A stretch of 64,000 bases of DNA from an uncultured Verrucomicrobiae bacterium (GCA_963834385.1 CAWIBO010000002.1:256001-320000); one strand, 5' to 3'; shown: positions 1-9,383, counted from the first letter of the stretch. Notes: generated from the letters alone by a model not told the origin. A program made the numbers and translations.

Positions 1-2
1 GG

Positions 3-161
3 GGTTTCACCACCTTCTCGGCCTTCGGTTACGAGTGTTTCTTCCTGCTGCGGCGGGGAGAAGTCCTGGTCGCGGCCCTGTATGCCATGGGCAGCGTGGG
101 CGGCGGGCTGGGCGCCGTCTGGATCGGTTTTCGCCTGTTGAGCGTGCTGGCGCCGCGCTAG
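3..161 (+). CDS. crcB: Fluoride channel Fluc/CrcB, C-terminal part (truncated by window edge)
   Basis: Not in the ORF track. Manual translation gives GFTTFSAFGYECFFLLRRGEVLVAALYAMGSVGGGLGAVWIGF...PR*, which contains the Fluc GFTTFSAF signature followed by a TM helix. Confidence 0.9.
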   Translation, partial: GFTTFSAFGYECFFLLRRGEVLVAALYAMGSVGGGLGAVWIGFRLLSVLAPR

Positions 162-168
162 GCCGACA

Positions 169-540
169 TCACGCGGCGCTCGCGACCTTGTCGATGGTCC
201 GGCGAAGCTCGCGGACGTCGAAGGGTTTCGCCATCATCTCGTCCACCTCGAGATCGGCGTAGGCGCCGCGGGTGTCGGTGGAGAGGTGCGCGGAAAGCAC
301 CAGGATCTTGCCCGCGAAGTTCAGCTCGCGCAGACGTTGCACCAGCTCGAGACCGGAGATGCCGGGCATGTTGTTGTCGGTGATGACCATGTCAAAGTCG
401 CGCGCCGCGATCATCTCCAGAGCCTCGTGTCCGCTGAGTGCGCTGGCCACCTCGCGGCCCGGTTCACTCAGGACAAAGAGAAGGGATTGCGCCACCGCCG
501 GTTCGTCGTCGACTGTGAGAATGCGCATGGCTTGTTCCAT
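169..540 (-). CDS. Stand-alone response regulator receiver domain (CheY-like)
   Basis: ILTVDDE, DMVITDNNMPGISG, VLSA and KPF motifs. Start is at 540 or 528. Confidence 0.9.
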   Translation of the reverse strand: MEQAMRILTVDDEPAVAQSLLFVLSEPGREVASALSGHEALEMIAARDFDMVITDNNMPGISGLELVQRLRELNFAGKILVLSAHLSTDTRGAYADLEVDEMMAKPFDVRELRRTIDKVASAA

Positions 541-553
541 GCCCCGCCTGCAA

Positions 554-569
554 TGCATGGGCTATGCCA
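554..569 (-). promoter_or_regulatory. Candidate sigma54 -24/-12 promoter
   Basis: Minus strand TGGCATAGCCCATGCA = GG-N10-GC, 14 nt upstream of the ATG at 540. Confidence 0.55.
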
Positions 570-586
570 TCGCCTGGGAAAATAAA

Positions 587-964
587 TCAGGCGGCGGCGC
601 TGCCCGGTCCGGGTGGTCGCACTTCCCCCTTGCGCAGGGCGGCGCGCGCCGCCGCCGCGGAGCGGAAGATCGGAATGATCTGGTCGAACTTGACCACGTC
701 AAAGATCGGCTGGACCCGCGCGTTGAGGCCGGCGAGGCAGAGAACGCCGTCGTAGTCCGAGGCGTCCCGCCTGTATTCCATGATGGCGGCGAGCCCGGTG
801 GAATCGATGTATTCCACCTCGGAGAAATCGAGGATGAGCGCCGGGCAGCGGGCCTTGACCTTGCCCTGGAGGAGTGAGCGGAGCACGGGGGAATAATGGA
901 GGTCGATCTGTCCGGCCAGCGCGAGGACAATCGCGGTCTCATCGGCCTCCTCCTTCAAGCGCAT
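587..964 (-). CDS. STAS-domain anti-sigma factor antagonist
   Basis: MRLKEEADE...LAGQIDL...LILDFSEVEYIDSTGL, with the conserved phosphoacceptor Ser. Confidence 0.9.
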   Translation of the reverse strand: MRLKEEADETAIVLALAGQIDLHYSPVLRSLLQGKVKARCPALILDFSEVEYIDSTGLAAIMEYRRDASDYDGVLCLAGLNARVQPIFDVVKFDQIIPIFRSAAAARAALRKGEVRPPGPGSAAA

Positions 965-1038
965 CTTCTTCTTTTCGTCTGATGTCCGGTGCGCGGCTGC
1001 TTCAAAAAGATCGGGGTGCGCGCGACCCCGGCGCCGCC

Positions 1039-1054
1039 CGGCACTGATTGTGCT
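1039..1054 (+). promoter_or_regulatory. Candidate sigma54 -24/-12 promoter
   Basis: CGGCACTGATTGTGCT = GG-N10-GC, 14 nt upstream of the ATG at 1068. Confidence 0.5.
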
Positions 1055-1067
1055 GCGATCTCGCGGC

Positions 1068-1376
1068 ATGTTCATGATGCATTCGGCGCCCAAAGAACAG
1101 CGCGAAACCGTCCGCAACCTTCTGCGCATGGTCATGATCCGCGACATGGGCACGTTCAATCCCGATCGGTTCAAGGACTGGGTGCGCAATCTCGACAAGG
1201 AGTTTCGCAAGATCGGCCTTACCCTGCGTTTTGAGATCAAGAATCGCGTGGTCCATTTTTCCATCAAGGAGATCAAGGTCGGCCGGATTGTTTTCCGTTT
1301 TCCCTCCTCGACCCGGCTGCCCTTTGACGGCCGGGAGGTCGTGATGAGCTACGAGGAAATGCCGGCCTCGCGCTAG
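1068..1376 (+). CDS. Hypothetical protein (~102 aa)
   Basis: Normal residue composition (MFMMHSAPKEQRETVRNLL...), GC3-biased codons, and it fills the gap between flanking genes. Confidence 0.7.
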   Translation: MFMMHSAPKEQRETVRNLLRMVMIRDMGTFNPDRFKDWVRNLDKEFRKIGLTLRFEIKNRVVHFSIKEIKVGRIVFRFPSSTRLPFDGREVVMSYEEMPASR

Positions 1377-1667
1377 GGCGCGCCGGTGACGAAGGTGGCG
1401 CGCAGTTTCTCTTTTTTCGTTTCGCAATCCTCCTGCAAGCCGCCGCACTTCCACCGCCAGTTGTTTCTCGAGCATTTCCACCTCGTCGGTGCTTCCGGTG
1501 CCGCGCGCCCCCCGGATTTGCTCCTTCAAGAGCAACTCCTTCTCCGCGATCCGTGCCCGATAGATTGATTCGATCTCGGCCAGTTCCTGTTTCTGGGCTT
1601 CGCTCAGGACCAGGGAAGGGGCGGACTTCTGCAGGCGTTCCATGGCGAGTTCGTAGGCGGACTTCAT
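1373..1667 (-). CDS. Small helical hypothetical protein (MKSAYELAMERL...), apparent +1 frameshift near 1437
   Basis: Removing one base at 1437-1438 continues EVRRL into QEDCETKKEKLRATFVTGAP*, with a stop sharing CTAG with the convergent gene. Confidence 0.75.
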
Positions 1668-1703
1668 GGGATGAGGATAACGCGCCCCGGCAGAAGCAAA
1701 AGG

Positions 1704-2282
1704 TCAGGGCTCCACGATCACCGGGGTGCCCAGCGCGGCGGCATTGAAGAAACGCTCGGCCATGCGGGACGGCAGACGGACGCAGCCGTGCGAGGCGCGG
1801 TAACGAGGGACGTTGCCGGCATGCATGCCGTAGCCGCCGGTGAACCGGAGGAAGTAGGGCATCCTGGCGCCGGCAAATTCCGTTTCGTCCGGCATCGGAT
1901 CCTTTTTCACATCGACATCCTTGACCACGACCTCGCCATCCTCGTCGACATAATCGCCGTAGAGATTGGAGACATGGTCCTTGTCCTTCTGGATCACCTT
2001 GTAACGGCCGGGGGGCGTATCGAAACCCTTGCGGCCCGAGGAGATCCGGGATTCCCCGATGAGCCTGTCGCCGCGCTGGTAATAGGCGCGCTGGGCCGTG
2101 AGGTTGATCACGATCCGGTCGGGACCGGCGGCACCGGTTTCGTCCCAGAACGTCTCGCCCCGGGGAACAAGGGCCGGCTCTGCCGCCGGGCGCTGGAAAG
2201 CGCTTTCCAGGGCGGCACAGCCGGTGAACCCGGCCGCCGCGAGAAGCAGGAGGGACAAACGAAGCAGGGTGGCGGGTGTCAT
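1704..2282 (-). CDS. L,D-transpeptidase (YkuD family) lipoprotein
   Basis: Lipobox FTGC, SSGRKGFDTPPG, and catalytic GMHAG...ASHGCVRL. Confidence 0.9.
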   Translation of the reverse strand: MTPATLLRLSLLLLAAAGFTGCAALESAFQRPAAEPALVPRGETFWDETGAAGPDRIVINLTAQRAYYQRGDRLIGESRISSGRKGFDTPPGRYKVIQKDKDHVSNLYGDYVDEDGEVVVKDVDVKKDPMPDETEFAGARMPYFLRFTGGYGMHAGNVPRYRASHGCVRLPSRMAERFFNAAALGTPVIVEP

Positions 2283-2353
2283 GCGAACGCCGGATGGTAA
2301 AGTGCGCAGGGCGGGTCGCAATCGAAAAATCCGGCGGAAGTGCGCTCAAAAAA

Positions 2354-2441
2354 CGGTGAGGGAGGGATTCGAACCCTCGGTACCCTTTTGGGGTACGGCG
2401 CTTTAGCAAAGCGCTGCTTTCGACCACTCAGCCACCTCACC
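2354..2441 (-). tRNA. tRNA-Ser(GCT)
   Basis: GGTGAGG acceptor stem, anticodon arm GCGCT-TTGCTAA-AGCGC, long variable arm, GGTTCGAATCC T-arm; CCA not encoded. Confidence 0.97.
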
Positions 2442-2556
2442 AGAAGTGCGAGAATATGGGGTGAGGCGCGGGATCGTCAACCAGACCGCCCCCGGCCCGG
2501 GTTGGAAGCGCAAGGGCGGACCGCCCCTCCGCCCCAAGGCGCCGCTGCCCAAGCGG

Positions 2557-2584
2557 TTGACACTCCCGTCCTCTCTTTTAGCTT
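2557..2584 (+). promoter_or_regulatory. sigma70-type promoter of the MarR-TolC operon
   Basis: TTGACA-N16-TAGCTT just upstream of the TTG at 2593. Confidence 0.55.
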
Positions 2585-2592
2585 TGGAGCGC

Positions 2593-3069
2593 TTGAACTC
2601 CCCGCTGGCATCCGAGAATTCCTCCAAGGCGTCCGCCCCTTTCCGGGCCGATGCGGAGCGGCTCTCCCACATCATCCTGGAGATGCAGCGCTGCTTCATT
2701 CTCCGCCTTTGCAACGAATTGGCCCCGGGCAACGTCTCGTTCCCGCAATTTTTTCTCCTCGCCTCCCTCGACCACAAGGAGGTGCTGACGATGTCAGCCA
2801 TTGCCCAGAAAATGGGGCACACCACCGCGGCGGCGAGCGGTCTGGTGGCGCGCCTCGAAAGCTCTGGTTATGTGATGCGTTCCCATGCCCCCGAGGACCG
2901 CCGGAAGGTGATGGTCTGCATCACCCCCAAGGGCTCCGCCCTGGTCCGGCGCATCCGGGAGGAGATGGTCGGGAACCTGATGAAAATCATGGCCCACCTG
3001 ACCCCGGGCGAACAAAAAGCTTGGCTACAAATCTACAGTAAGATTTATGACTACTGCCAAACCAAATGA
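2593..3069 (+). CDS. MarR-family transcriptional regulator
   Basis: VSFPQFFLL...LTMSAIAQKMG...LVARLESSGYV...EDRRKVMVCITPKG. Start codon uncertain. Confidence 0.9.
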   Translation: MNSPLASENSSKASAPFRADAERLSHIILEMQRCFILRLCNELAPGNVSFPQFFLLASLDHKEVLTMSAIAQKMGHTTAAASGLVARLESSGYVMRSHAPEDRRKVMVCITPKGSALVRRIREEMVGNLMKIMAHLTPGEQKAWLQIYSKIYDYCQTK

Positions 3070-4723
3070 TTATCCCCCTGGCAGTGGTGCTTCGCTCATT
3101 CTTTAAAAAAACGGATCGTCCTCCCGCCGCGTGCGCGGCCGGGACGGGATCCGCCCGTGCTGCCCGGCGCTGGCCTGCCTGGCTGGCCGGGCTGAGCCTG
3201 CCGCTGCTCGCGATTGTTTCGTCCCACGTGTTGCTGGCTGGCGAGGAAACGATTTCGCCGGGCCACCCGCGCTCCTTTACCTTGAACGAGGCGGTGGAGA
3301 CCGCGCTGCGCCAGAATCCCGACATCCTGCGGGCGCTGCAGGAAATTGAGCGCACCAAGGGGCTCCTCGTGGAAGTGCGTGCGCAGGCCTTGCCGCGGCT
3401 GGATGCGACCGCGGTTTTCCGGCAGACCGACCCGAACCTGACTGATTTTGGCAGCGGCTTTGCCGTGACGGGTGGCGGAGGCGGGGTCACGCCAACGCCC
3501 ATGCCGACGGCGACCCCGATGGACGGCGCCAGCTTCACCAGCTTTGGAACAACGGACAATTCCTACAACCTGGCCTTTGAAGTGACCCAGCTGGTTTATT
3601 CCGGCTCGGTTTTCCCGGCGATCCGGGCGGCCAACTTCACGCGTGACATTGCCTACTACCAGCTCCGCGATGTGGTGGACACGGTGATCTCCAACGTGCG
3701 GCAGCAGTTTTACCTCGTGCTTTTGAACAAGGCCCTGATCGAGGTGCAGGACGAGTCGATCCGCCTCTTGAACAGCCAGCTGCGCGACCAGCAAAACCGT
3801 TTCGAGGCGGGCACCGTGCCGCGCTTCAACGTCCTCCGGGCCGAGGTGGAGCTTTCCAACCAGCGCCCGGAACTGATCCGGGCCCGCAATAATTACCGGA
3901 TCACGCAGTTGCAACTGGCCAAAACCCTCGGGCTCGATTTCGACCCGGCGCGGGGTGACGGAGATCCCCTGCGCGTGGTGGGATCGCTCGATTACGAGCC
4001 GCGCAACATTCCTCTCACGGTCGCAATCGAGATGGGCAAGGAGCGCCGGACCTTCCTGAAGCAGCAGCGGGCCAACATGCTCACGCAAAAGGAACAGGTC
4101 CGAATCGCGGCGGCCGGTTATCACCCAACCATCCGGCTCAATGGCGGCTACGAATTCCAAAGTTCGCCTTTCAGCGACAACGTGCGCGACGCGCAGGGCG
4201 GATACACCGTGGGCGCGGTGGGCGAGTGGGCCATCTGGGACAGCGGCGCAACCTACGGCCGGATCAAGCAGGCCAAGGCGGTTTACGAGCAGGCGCGCAT
4301 CACCCTCGAGGACGCGGTGCGACAGGTCGAACTGGAGATTCAGCAGGCGTATTCCAGCATGCAGCAGAACCGCGAACTCATCGGAAGCCAGGCCAAGAAT
4401 GTCGAGCAGGCCCAGGAATCCCTGCGCCTCGCCGGCGCCCGCCTCGATGCCGGGGCCGGGACCCAGCTTGAGGTCCTCGATGCCCGGGTGGCGCTGACCC
4501 GTTCCCAATCAACCCGGTTGCAGGCCCTTTACGATTACAATGCCGCGGTGGCGGAATTCGATCGCGTGACGGCGAGCGATACGGTCTACGTCGCGCCTTT
4601 TGTCGACCCGGCGGACCGTCGCCGGCGCGGGCGGGCGCCGGTCGCCCGCAGCAGTACACGACGACGACCACCACGACAACGACCGCCGCCGGCGAGGCCC
4701 GGTCGGCCGGCTATTCCAAATAG
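3066..4723 (+). CDS. TolC-family outer membrane protein (one base apparently missing near 4657)
   Basis: LTLNEAVETALRQNPD, RFEAGTVPRFNV and LDAGAGTQLEVLDA OEP motifs. The alternative frame ends TTTTTTTTTAAGEARSAGYSK* at 4723. Confidence 0.85.
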
Positions 4724-4757
4724 TCGCGGCCCTGGCGCCCGCGGCGCCCCTTTCCCT

Positions 4758-5450
4758 TTGAACGACGTCCCCCTTGAGTTTTTCCCTGCCTTGCAGGTGC
4801 TCCCTGTTCGCCATGCTTTTGTCCGCCGGGTCCCGGGACTGGACGTTGCCCACGACAAGGAGGAGGCCTTGCGCCGGCTGGACCAGGTGCATTTCTCCGT
4901 GCGCCAGCTCCTGGCCGGGCTGCGTTATCCCTTTCTCATGGCGGAACAGGTCCACGGCAACGATGTCGCGGTGATCCGGGAGAAACCGGACGAGGATCAC
5001 TGTTTTGCGGACTGCGACGCCCTTGTGACCGATCTGCCGGAGGTTTGGCTGGGCATCCATGTGGCGGATTGCGGCGCCGTTTACCTGGTTGACCCGCGGC
5101 GCCAGGTGATTGGCCTGGCGCATTCCGGCCGCAAAGGGACAGAATTGAATATTGTCGGGCGAACGATTGCCGCCATGCACGATCATTTCGGCACCGATCC
5201 CGCCGACCTGGTCGTCCAGCTTGGTCCCTGTATTCGTCCGCCGCATTACGAAGTCGATTTCGCGGCGGAAATCATCCGACAAAGCCGGGAGGCGGGCGTG
5301 CAGCAGGTGCACGACTGCGGGCTCTGCACCGCGTGCGACCTGGAAAAATATTATTCCTACCGCCTGGAGAAGGGGAAGACCGGGCGGATGCTGGCCTTAC
5401 TCGCTCTCGGCGTCGCCGAGGTCGCCCCGTTTGCTCCGGCGGAGGGGTGA
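4758..5450 (+). CDS. pgeF: YfiH/PgeF purine nucleoside phosphorylase (laccase-domain) family protein
   Basis: QVHG, CDALVT, VADC, AHSGRKG, LGPCI, CTAC, YYSYR and GRM motifs. Confidence 0.88.
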   Translation: MNDVPLEFFPALQVLPVRHAFVRRVPGLDVAHDKEEALRRLDQVHFSVRQLLAGLRYPFLMAEQVHGNDVAVIREKPDEDHCFADCDALVTDLPEVWLGIHVADCGAVYLVDPRRQVIGLAHSGRKGTELNIVGRTIAAMHDHFGTDPADLVVQLGPCIRPPHYEVDFAAEIIRQSREAGVQQVHDCGLCTACDLEKYYSYRLEKGKTGRMLALLALGVAEVAPFAPAEG

Positions 5451-6209
5451 GACGCCGCGCTTCGAGTGCGCGATGAAATCGAAGAACTCGCGCGCGAAAG
5501 GCGACCATTCCTGCTCGGCGGCAGCCGCGAGCGCCTGGCGCACGTTGTGTCCGCTTTCGTAGAAGAGCTTGAAGGCGCGCTTGATCTCGTCCCGCGCGGC
5601 TGCGTCCAGCCCGGACCGCCGAAGCCCGATGACATTGAGGCCATAAATCTGGTTCAGGCCGGTGGCCATGACGTAGGGCGGGACGTCCTTGCTGAAGCCG
5701 GAATTGCCCTGGAGCATGGCGAGCCGGCCGACATGCACATGCTGGTGAAAGGTGCAGCCGCCGCCAATGAAGGCGTTGTCACCAATCTGGACGTGCCCCC
5801 CGAGGAGACAGCTGTTGGCGATGATCACGCCATGGCCGACCTGCGCGTTATGCCCAAGATGCGCGCCCGCCATGAGAAAATTGCGGTCGCCGATCCGGGT
5901 GACGCTCCCGGCGATGGCGCCGCGATGGATGGTGCAATGCTCGCGCAGCGTGTTCTCCGCGCCGAGCACGACGCCGGAAATCGTTTTGCGGTCAAAGGAG
6001 AGATCCTGCGGGTCGCCGCCGATGACGGTGCCGTGTCCGATGCGATTACGCGGTCCCATTTCCACCGCGCCTTCGATGACAACGTGGGACTGGAGGACGC
6101 ATTCCTCGCCGATGACGGCGCCGGCGCTGACGACACAGAATGGCCCGATGACCGCCGAATCGGCCACGCGGGCGCCCGTTTCCACGAGGGCGGAAGGATG
6201 GATGCTCAC
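5397..6209 (-). CDS. lpxA: Acyl-ACP--UDP-GlcNAc O-acyltransferase
   Basis: SIHPSALVE, hexapeptide repeats, GGDPQDL, REHCTIHRG, GLNVIGLRR. GTG start overlaps the radC stop. Confidence 0.9.
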   Translation of the reverse strand: MSIHPSALVETGARVADSAVIGPFCVVSAGAVIGEECVLQSHVVIEGAVEMGPRNRIGHGTVIGGDPQDLSFDRKTISGVVLGAENTLREHCTIHRGAIAGSVTRIGDRNFLMAGAHLGHNAQVGHGVIIANSCLLGGHVQIGDNAFIGGGCTFHQHVHVGRLAMLQGNSGFSKDVPPYVMATGLNQIYGLNVIGLRRSGLDAAARDEIKRAFKLFYESGHNVRQALAAAAEQEWSPFAREFFDFIAHSKRGVSPLRRSKRGDLGDAESE

Positions 6210-6898
6210 AGAATGCCGGCCTCCTTGAAGCTGAAGTAGCCGGCGTGGCCGGCGCCGGTCCCGCCGATGATGATGTGATCGAGCAGCTTGATTTGCATAA
6301 TCTCCGCCGCCTCGGCCAGGCGCCGGGTCAGGCTGTGGTCGCTCTGGCTCGGGGTGGGATCGCCCGAGGGATGATTGTGCACCACGATGACTGCGTAGGC
6401 GGAGTGGAGCATGGCGGGCCGGAAGATCTCGCGCGGATGCGCGATGCTTTCGTTCACGCTCCCGCTCGAAACTTCCTCGATGCGCCGCAGTTGATAACGG
6501 GTGTCGAGCAGAAGAACGCGCAGCGATTCCTTGTGGAGGCGCCGCATCTCGGCGCCGAGCAGATCGCATACGGCCTGGGGCGTATCGACCTTGCGCAGCG
6601 CCGCCGCCTCGTGTGCAAGCCGGTGGCCCAAAGTAAAGGCGGCCGAGAGTTGCACGGCCTTGGCCGGCCCAATCCCGCGAATTTTTTCCAGCTCCGCCGC
6701 GCGGCAACGGCTCAGGTTCGCCAGCGACCCGAAATCGCGCAAAAGCTGCCGGGCGAGATCGACTGCGTTCGTCCCCTGCGTCCCGGTGCCGAGAAGAATC
6801 GCAATCAACTCGGCGTCCGCCAGCGCTTCCGCTCCCTTGGCGATCAGCTTCTCACGCGGCCGGTCGTCTTTCGGCAGTTCGCGAATCTTGAAGGGCAT
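6206..6898 (-). CDS. radC: RadC (JAB/MPN domain) protein
   Basis: RPREKL, GIGPAKA HhH motif, HPREIF, HNHPSGDPTPSQSD, LLDHIII. Confidence 0.95.
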   Translation of the reverse strand: MPFKIRELPKDDRPREKLIAKGAEALADAELIAILLGTGTQGTNAVDLARQLLRDFGSLANLSRCRAAELEKIRGIGPAKAVQLSAAFTLGHRLAHEAAALRKVDTPQAVCDLLGAEMRRLHKESLRVLLLDTRYQLRRIEEVSSGSVNESIAHPREIFRPAMLHSAYAVIVVHNHPSGDPTPSQSDHSLTRRLAEAAEIMQIKLLDHIIIGGTGAGHAGYFSFKEAGIL

Positions 6899-6914
6899 GC
6901 GCGCTTTCCCGCGC

Positions 6915-7940
6915 TCAGGAACGGAAATCCTCGAGGAGTGTGTGCAGGCCGCCGGCCATCGAGGCGAGGGCCTCCGTGTGCGGGCCGGGTGCGAGATGGG
7001 CCAGGGAGGCCTCCGCCTCGTGCAGCAGACCCTGTCCCACCCGGATGGAATCGGTCAGGGCTTCCTCCGCGGCGGGCGACTTGAGCAGCGCGGCGACCTC
7101 CTCCGTTTTTCCCTCGAGGAGCAGGTTGCAGCAACGTTCCCGCTCGAACTCGGAGGCCGTTTGCAGGAGCACAAGGATGGGCAGGGTAAGTTTGCCCGTG
7201 CGCAGGTCGCTTCCGAGCGTTTTGCCCGTTTCCACCTCGTCGCCGGCGACATCGAGACAATCATCGTAGATCTGGTAGGCGGCCCCGAAATTCATTCCAA
7301 AATCACGCAGGCTCCCGCACATCCCGGGCTCGGCCTGGTTGAGCACGCCGGCGAACTCGGCCGCCGCGGCAAAAAGCGAGCCGGTCTTCATGCGGACGAT
7401 CCGCATGTATTCCTCCACCGGGAGCTGGAGATCGAAGCAGCGCTGGGTCTGGATGATTTCGCCCGAGCAAACCTCGCGCGCGGCCCGGGCAATACCGCGG
7501 CTGACGGAAGCGTCTTCGAAACCGGCGGAAAGGTTCAAAGCGTGGGCAAAGAGACAGTCGCCCAGGAGAACGCTGAGGGCGTTGCCCCAGCGGGCATTGA
7601 CCGTGGGCTGCGAGCGGCGCCGCTCGGCTTCGTCCATAACGTCGTCGTGGACCAGGGTGGCGAGATGGATCAACTCCACGATGACGGCGAGATCGACATG
7701 CTGGCTGGTGATCGGGCCGGTGGCGCCGCCGCCGAGCAGGGCCAGGAGCGGGCGTAGCCGTTTCCCGCGGCTGCCCACGGCGTAAGAAACATAGGCTTCG
7801 ATCGAAGGATCAAAACTTTCCGCCTGCGCGGCGATGCGGGTTTCGACCTGCTGCAGCTCCGGTAAAACGAGCTGCGTCACGTGCCCGAGCGGCCCGTGCT
7901 GCGAAGGCGAAACCGCTGTCGCGCGCGCGAAAACTTCCAC
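6915..7940 (-). CDS. Polyprenyl diphosphate synthase (IspB/HepT-like)
   Basis: GKRLRP, LVHDDVMDEAERRR, KTGSLF, QIYDDCLD. Confidence 0.92.
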   Translation of the reverse strand: MEVFARATAVSPSQHGPLGHVTQLVLPELQQVETRIAAQAESFDPSIEAYVSYAVGSRGKRLRPLLALLGGGATGPITSQHVDLAVIVELIHLATLVHDDVMDEAERRRSQPTVNARWGNALSVLLGDCLFAHALNLSAGFEDASVSRGIARAAREVCSGEIIQTQRCFDLQLPVEEYMRIVRMKTGSLFAAAAEFAGVLNQAEPGMCGSLRDFGMNFGAAYQIYDDCLDVAGDEVETGKTLGSDLRTGKLTLPILVLLQTASEFERERCCNLLLEGKTEEVAALLKSPAAEEALTDSIRVGQGLLHEAEASLAHLAPGPHTEALASMAGGLHTLLEDFRS

Positions 7941-7946
7941 AGCCTG

Positions 7947-7974
7947 AGGATAAAAGAGCGGGGGTTAATGTCAA
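7947..7974 (-). promoter_or_regulatory. sigma70 promoter, probably leaderless transcript
   Basis: TTGACA-N16-TATCCT-N6-GTG. Confidence 0.6.
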
Positions 7975-8002
7975 AGCGGCAGCGGGCTCGCGGCGGATAT
8001 TT

Positions 8003-8671
8003 TCAGCGCCGTTCCTGCCAGGCCGCGAGGCGGTATTTTCGCCGTGCCAGCTCTTCGGCCTGCGCCAGAAGTTCGGGGTCAAGAGGGGCCGGACGGACCT
8101 CCCGGGCCAGGTTGGTGGCGAACCGTTCCGCTGTTGCCGGCGGGAGGTCGTCCGCCTGCACACTCCCTTGTTGCAGCAGACCAGCGCGGCTGCGGCGCTG
8201 GGCCGCGCCGGCAATCTTCCGGCCTTCCATGAGCAGATCGGCCTGCACGGGATTGGCAAAGCAGGCTTCGGAGATCTTGTCGCGCGCAAACACGGCCAGG
8301 GTGGTCTCGATCCCGAGCTCCGCGAGGGCTTCCCGCAGCGCTTCGTGCACCCGGGCATACAGCTCGAGCGCAGGACAGGAGAACGCCGGATCACGCCGCG
8401 GGATGATCAACGCATAGGTCAGATCCGTTCCATGCCGGACAATGCCGCCCCCGGTGCAGCGCCGGACCAGATCGCAGCCCGGCCCGGCGGCGGCGGCCTC
8501 GGCCACGCGGCCGAAGTAGCCGAAGGAAAGGGAGGGCCGGGCCCAGCCGTAGGTGCGCAAGAGAGGCGTCTCCGCCGTTTCCAGCAGCACTTCGTCCACC
8601 GCCATGTTCATCGCCGCATCGAAACCGGCGCGGTCGTCAATGAACTGGAGAAGCTCTACAAGCGGGGCCAA
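8003..8671 (-). CDS. Lipoate-protein ligase / octanoyltransferase (LplA/LipM family)
   Basis: NMAVDEVLL, RRCTGGGIVRH, CF, GRKIAGAAQRR, QQGSV. Start approximate. Confidence 0.88.
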   Translation of the reverse strand: MAPLVELLQFIDDRAGFDAAMNMAVDEVLLETAETPLLRTYGWARPSLSFGYFGRVAEAAAAGPGCDLVRRCTGGGIVRHGTDLTYALIIPRRDPAFSCPALELYARVHEALREALAELGIETTLAVFARDKISEACFANPVQADLLMEGRKIAGAAQRRSRAGLLQQGSVQADDLPPATAERFATNLAREVRPAPLDPELLAQAEELARRKYRLAAWQERR

Positions 8672-8675
8672 GATT

Positions 8676-9383
8676 CTAGGCAAGATCACGCACAATGGCG
8701 CCAAGTGCCTCCGCCGGATCGGCGGCGGCCGTGATGGGGCGCCCGATGACAAGGTAATCCGCTCCGGCGGCGACCGCTTCGCGCGGAGTGAGATGACGTT
8801 TCTGGTCGCCGGGATCGCTTCCGGCCGGCCGGATGCCGGGGATGACAAGACGGATTCCCGCGGGCATTTCGCGCCGGAGCAAACCGACTTCATGCGGGCT
8901 GGCCACGAGCCCCCCGATCCCGGCGGCCACGCCAAGACGACCGAGCCGCTCGACCTGTTGCGCCAGTGGATCGGGCACGCCGGTCTCGCGCAGGGTTTCC
9001 TCCGTGGAACTGGTGAGGACGGTAACGCCGAGCAGGAGCAGGCCCTCCGGCCTGGCCGCCACCGCCGCTTCGATCATGGCGCGGCCTCCGCCCAGATGAA
9101 GCGTCAGCATCTGCACATCGAGCGCCGCCGCGGAGCGAACAGCCTGCGCCACCGTATTCGGGATGTCATGCAGCTTGAGATCGAGAAAGACACGGGCGCC
9201 GCGCCGGCGCAGCTCGCGCACCAGGTCGGGGCCTTCGGCCGTGTAAAGCTGGAGGCCGACCTTGAAGCAACCGACCTCACCGCCGAGACGATCGGCCAGG
9301 GCGAGGGCGGGGGCCGCCGACGGGTAATCGAGTGCCACGATGATGCGCTCCGCCGGCTTTAGGGTTTCCGCGCCGCTTTTCAT
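8676..9383 (-). CDS. pyrF: Orotidine-5'-phosphate decarboxylase
   Basis: IIVALD, FKVG, FLDLKLHDIPNTV, PGIR, VIGRPI. Confidence 0.97.
   Translation of the reverse strand: MKSGAETLKPAERIIVALDYPSAAPALALADRLGGEVGCFKVGLQLYTAEGPDLVRELRRRGARVFLDLKLHDIPNTVAQAVRSAAALDVQMLTLHLGGGRAMIEAAVAARPEGLLLLGVTVLTSSTEETLRETGVPDPLAQQVERLGRLGVAAGIGGLVASPHEVGLLRREMPAGIRLVIPGIRPAGSDPGDQKRHLTPREAVAAGADYLVIGRPITAAADPAEALGAIVRDLA

Noticed and set aside
1..161. Fluoride riboswitch
   Set aside because: It would lie upstream of crcB, outside the window.
1002..1372. C-terminal extension of the 221-aa ORF
   Set aside because: Read-through after the frameshift at ~1437, antisense to a better ORF.
3066..5450. 794-aa TolC-laccase/PgeF fusion protein
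   Set aside because: The linker is out-of-frame-looking text. A one-base correction gives a natural stop at 4723 and a separate TTG start at 4758. An outer-membrane channel fused to a cytoplasmic enzyme is also implausible.
6206..6898. radC as a marker of a mobile element
   Set aside because: It is the full-length HhH+JAB chromosomal form within a housekeeping run.
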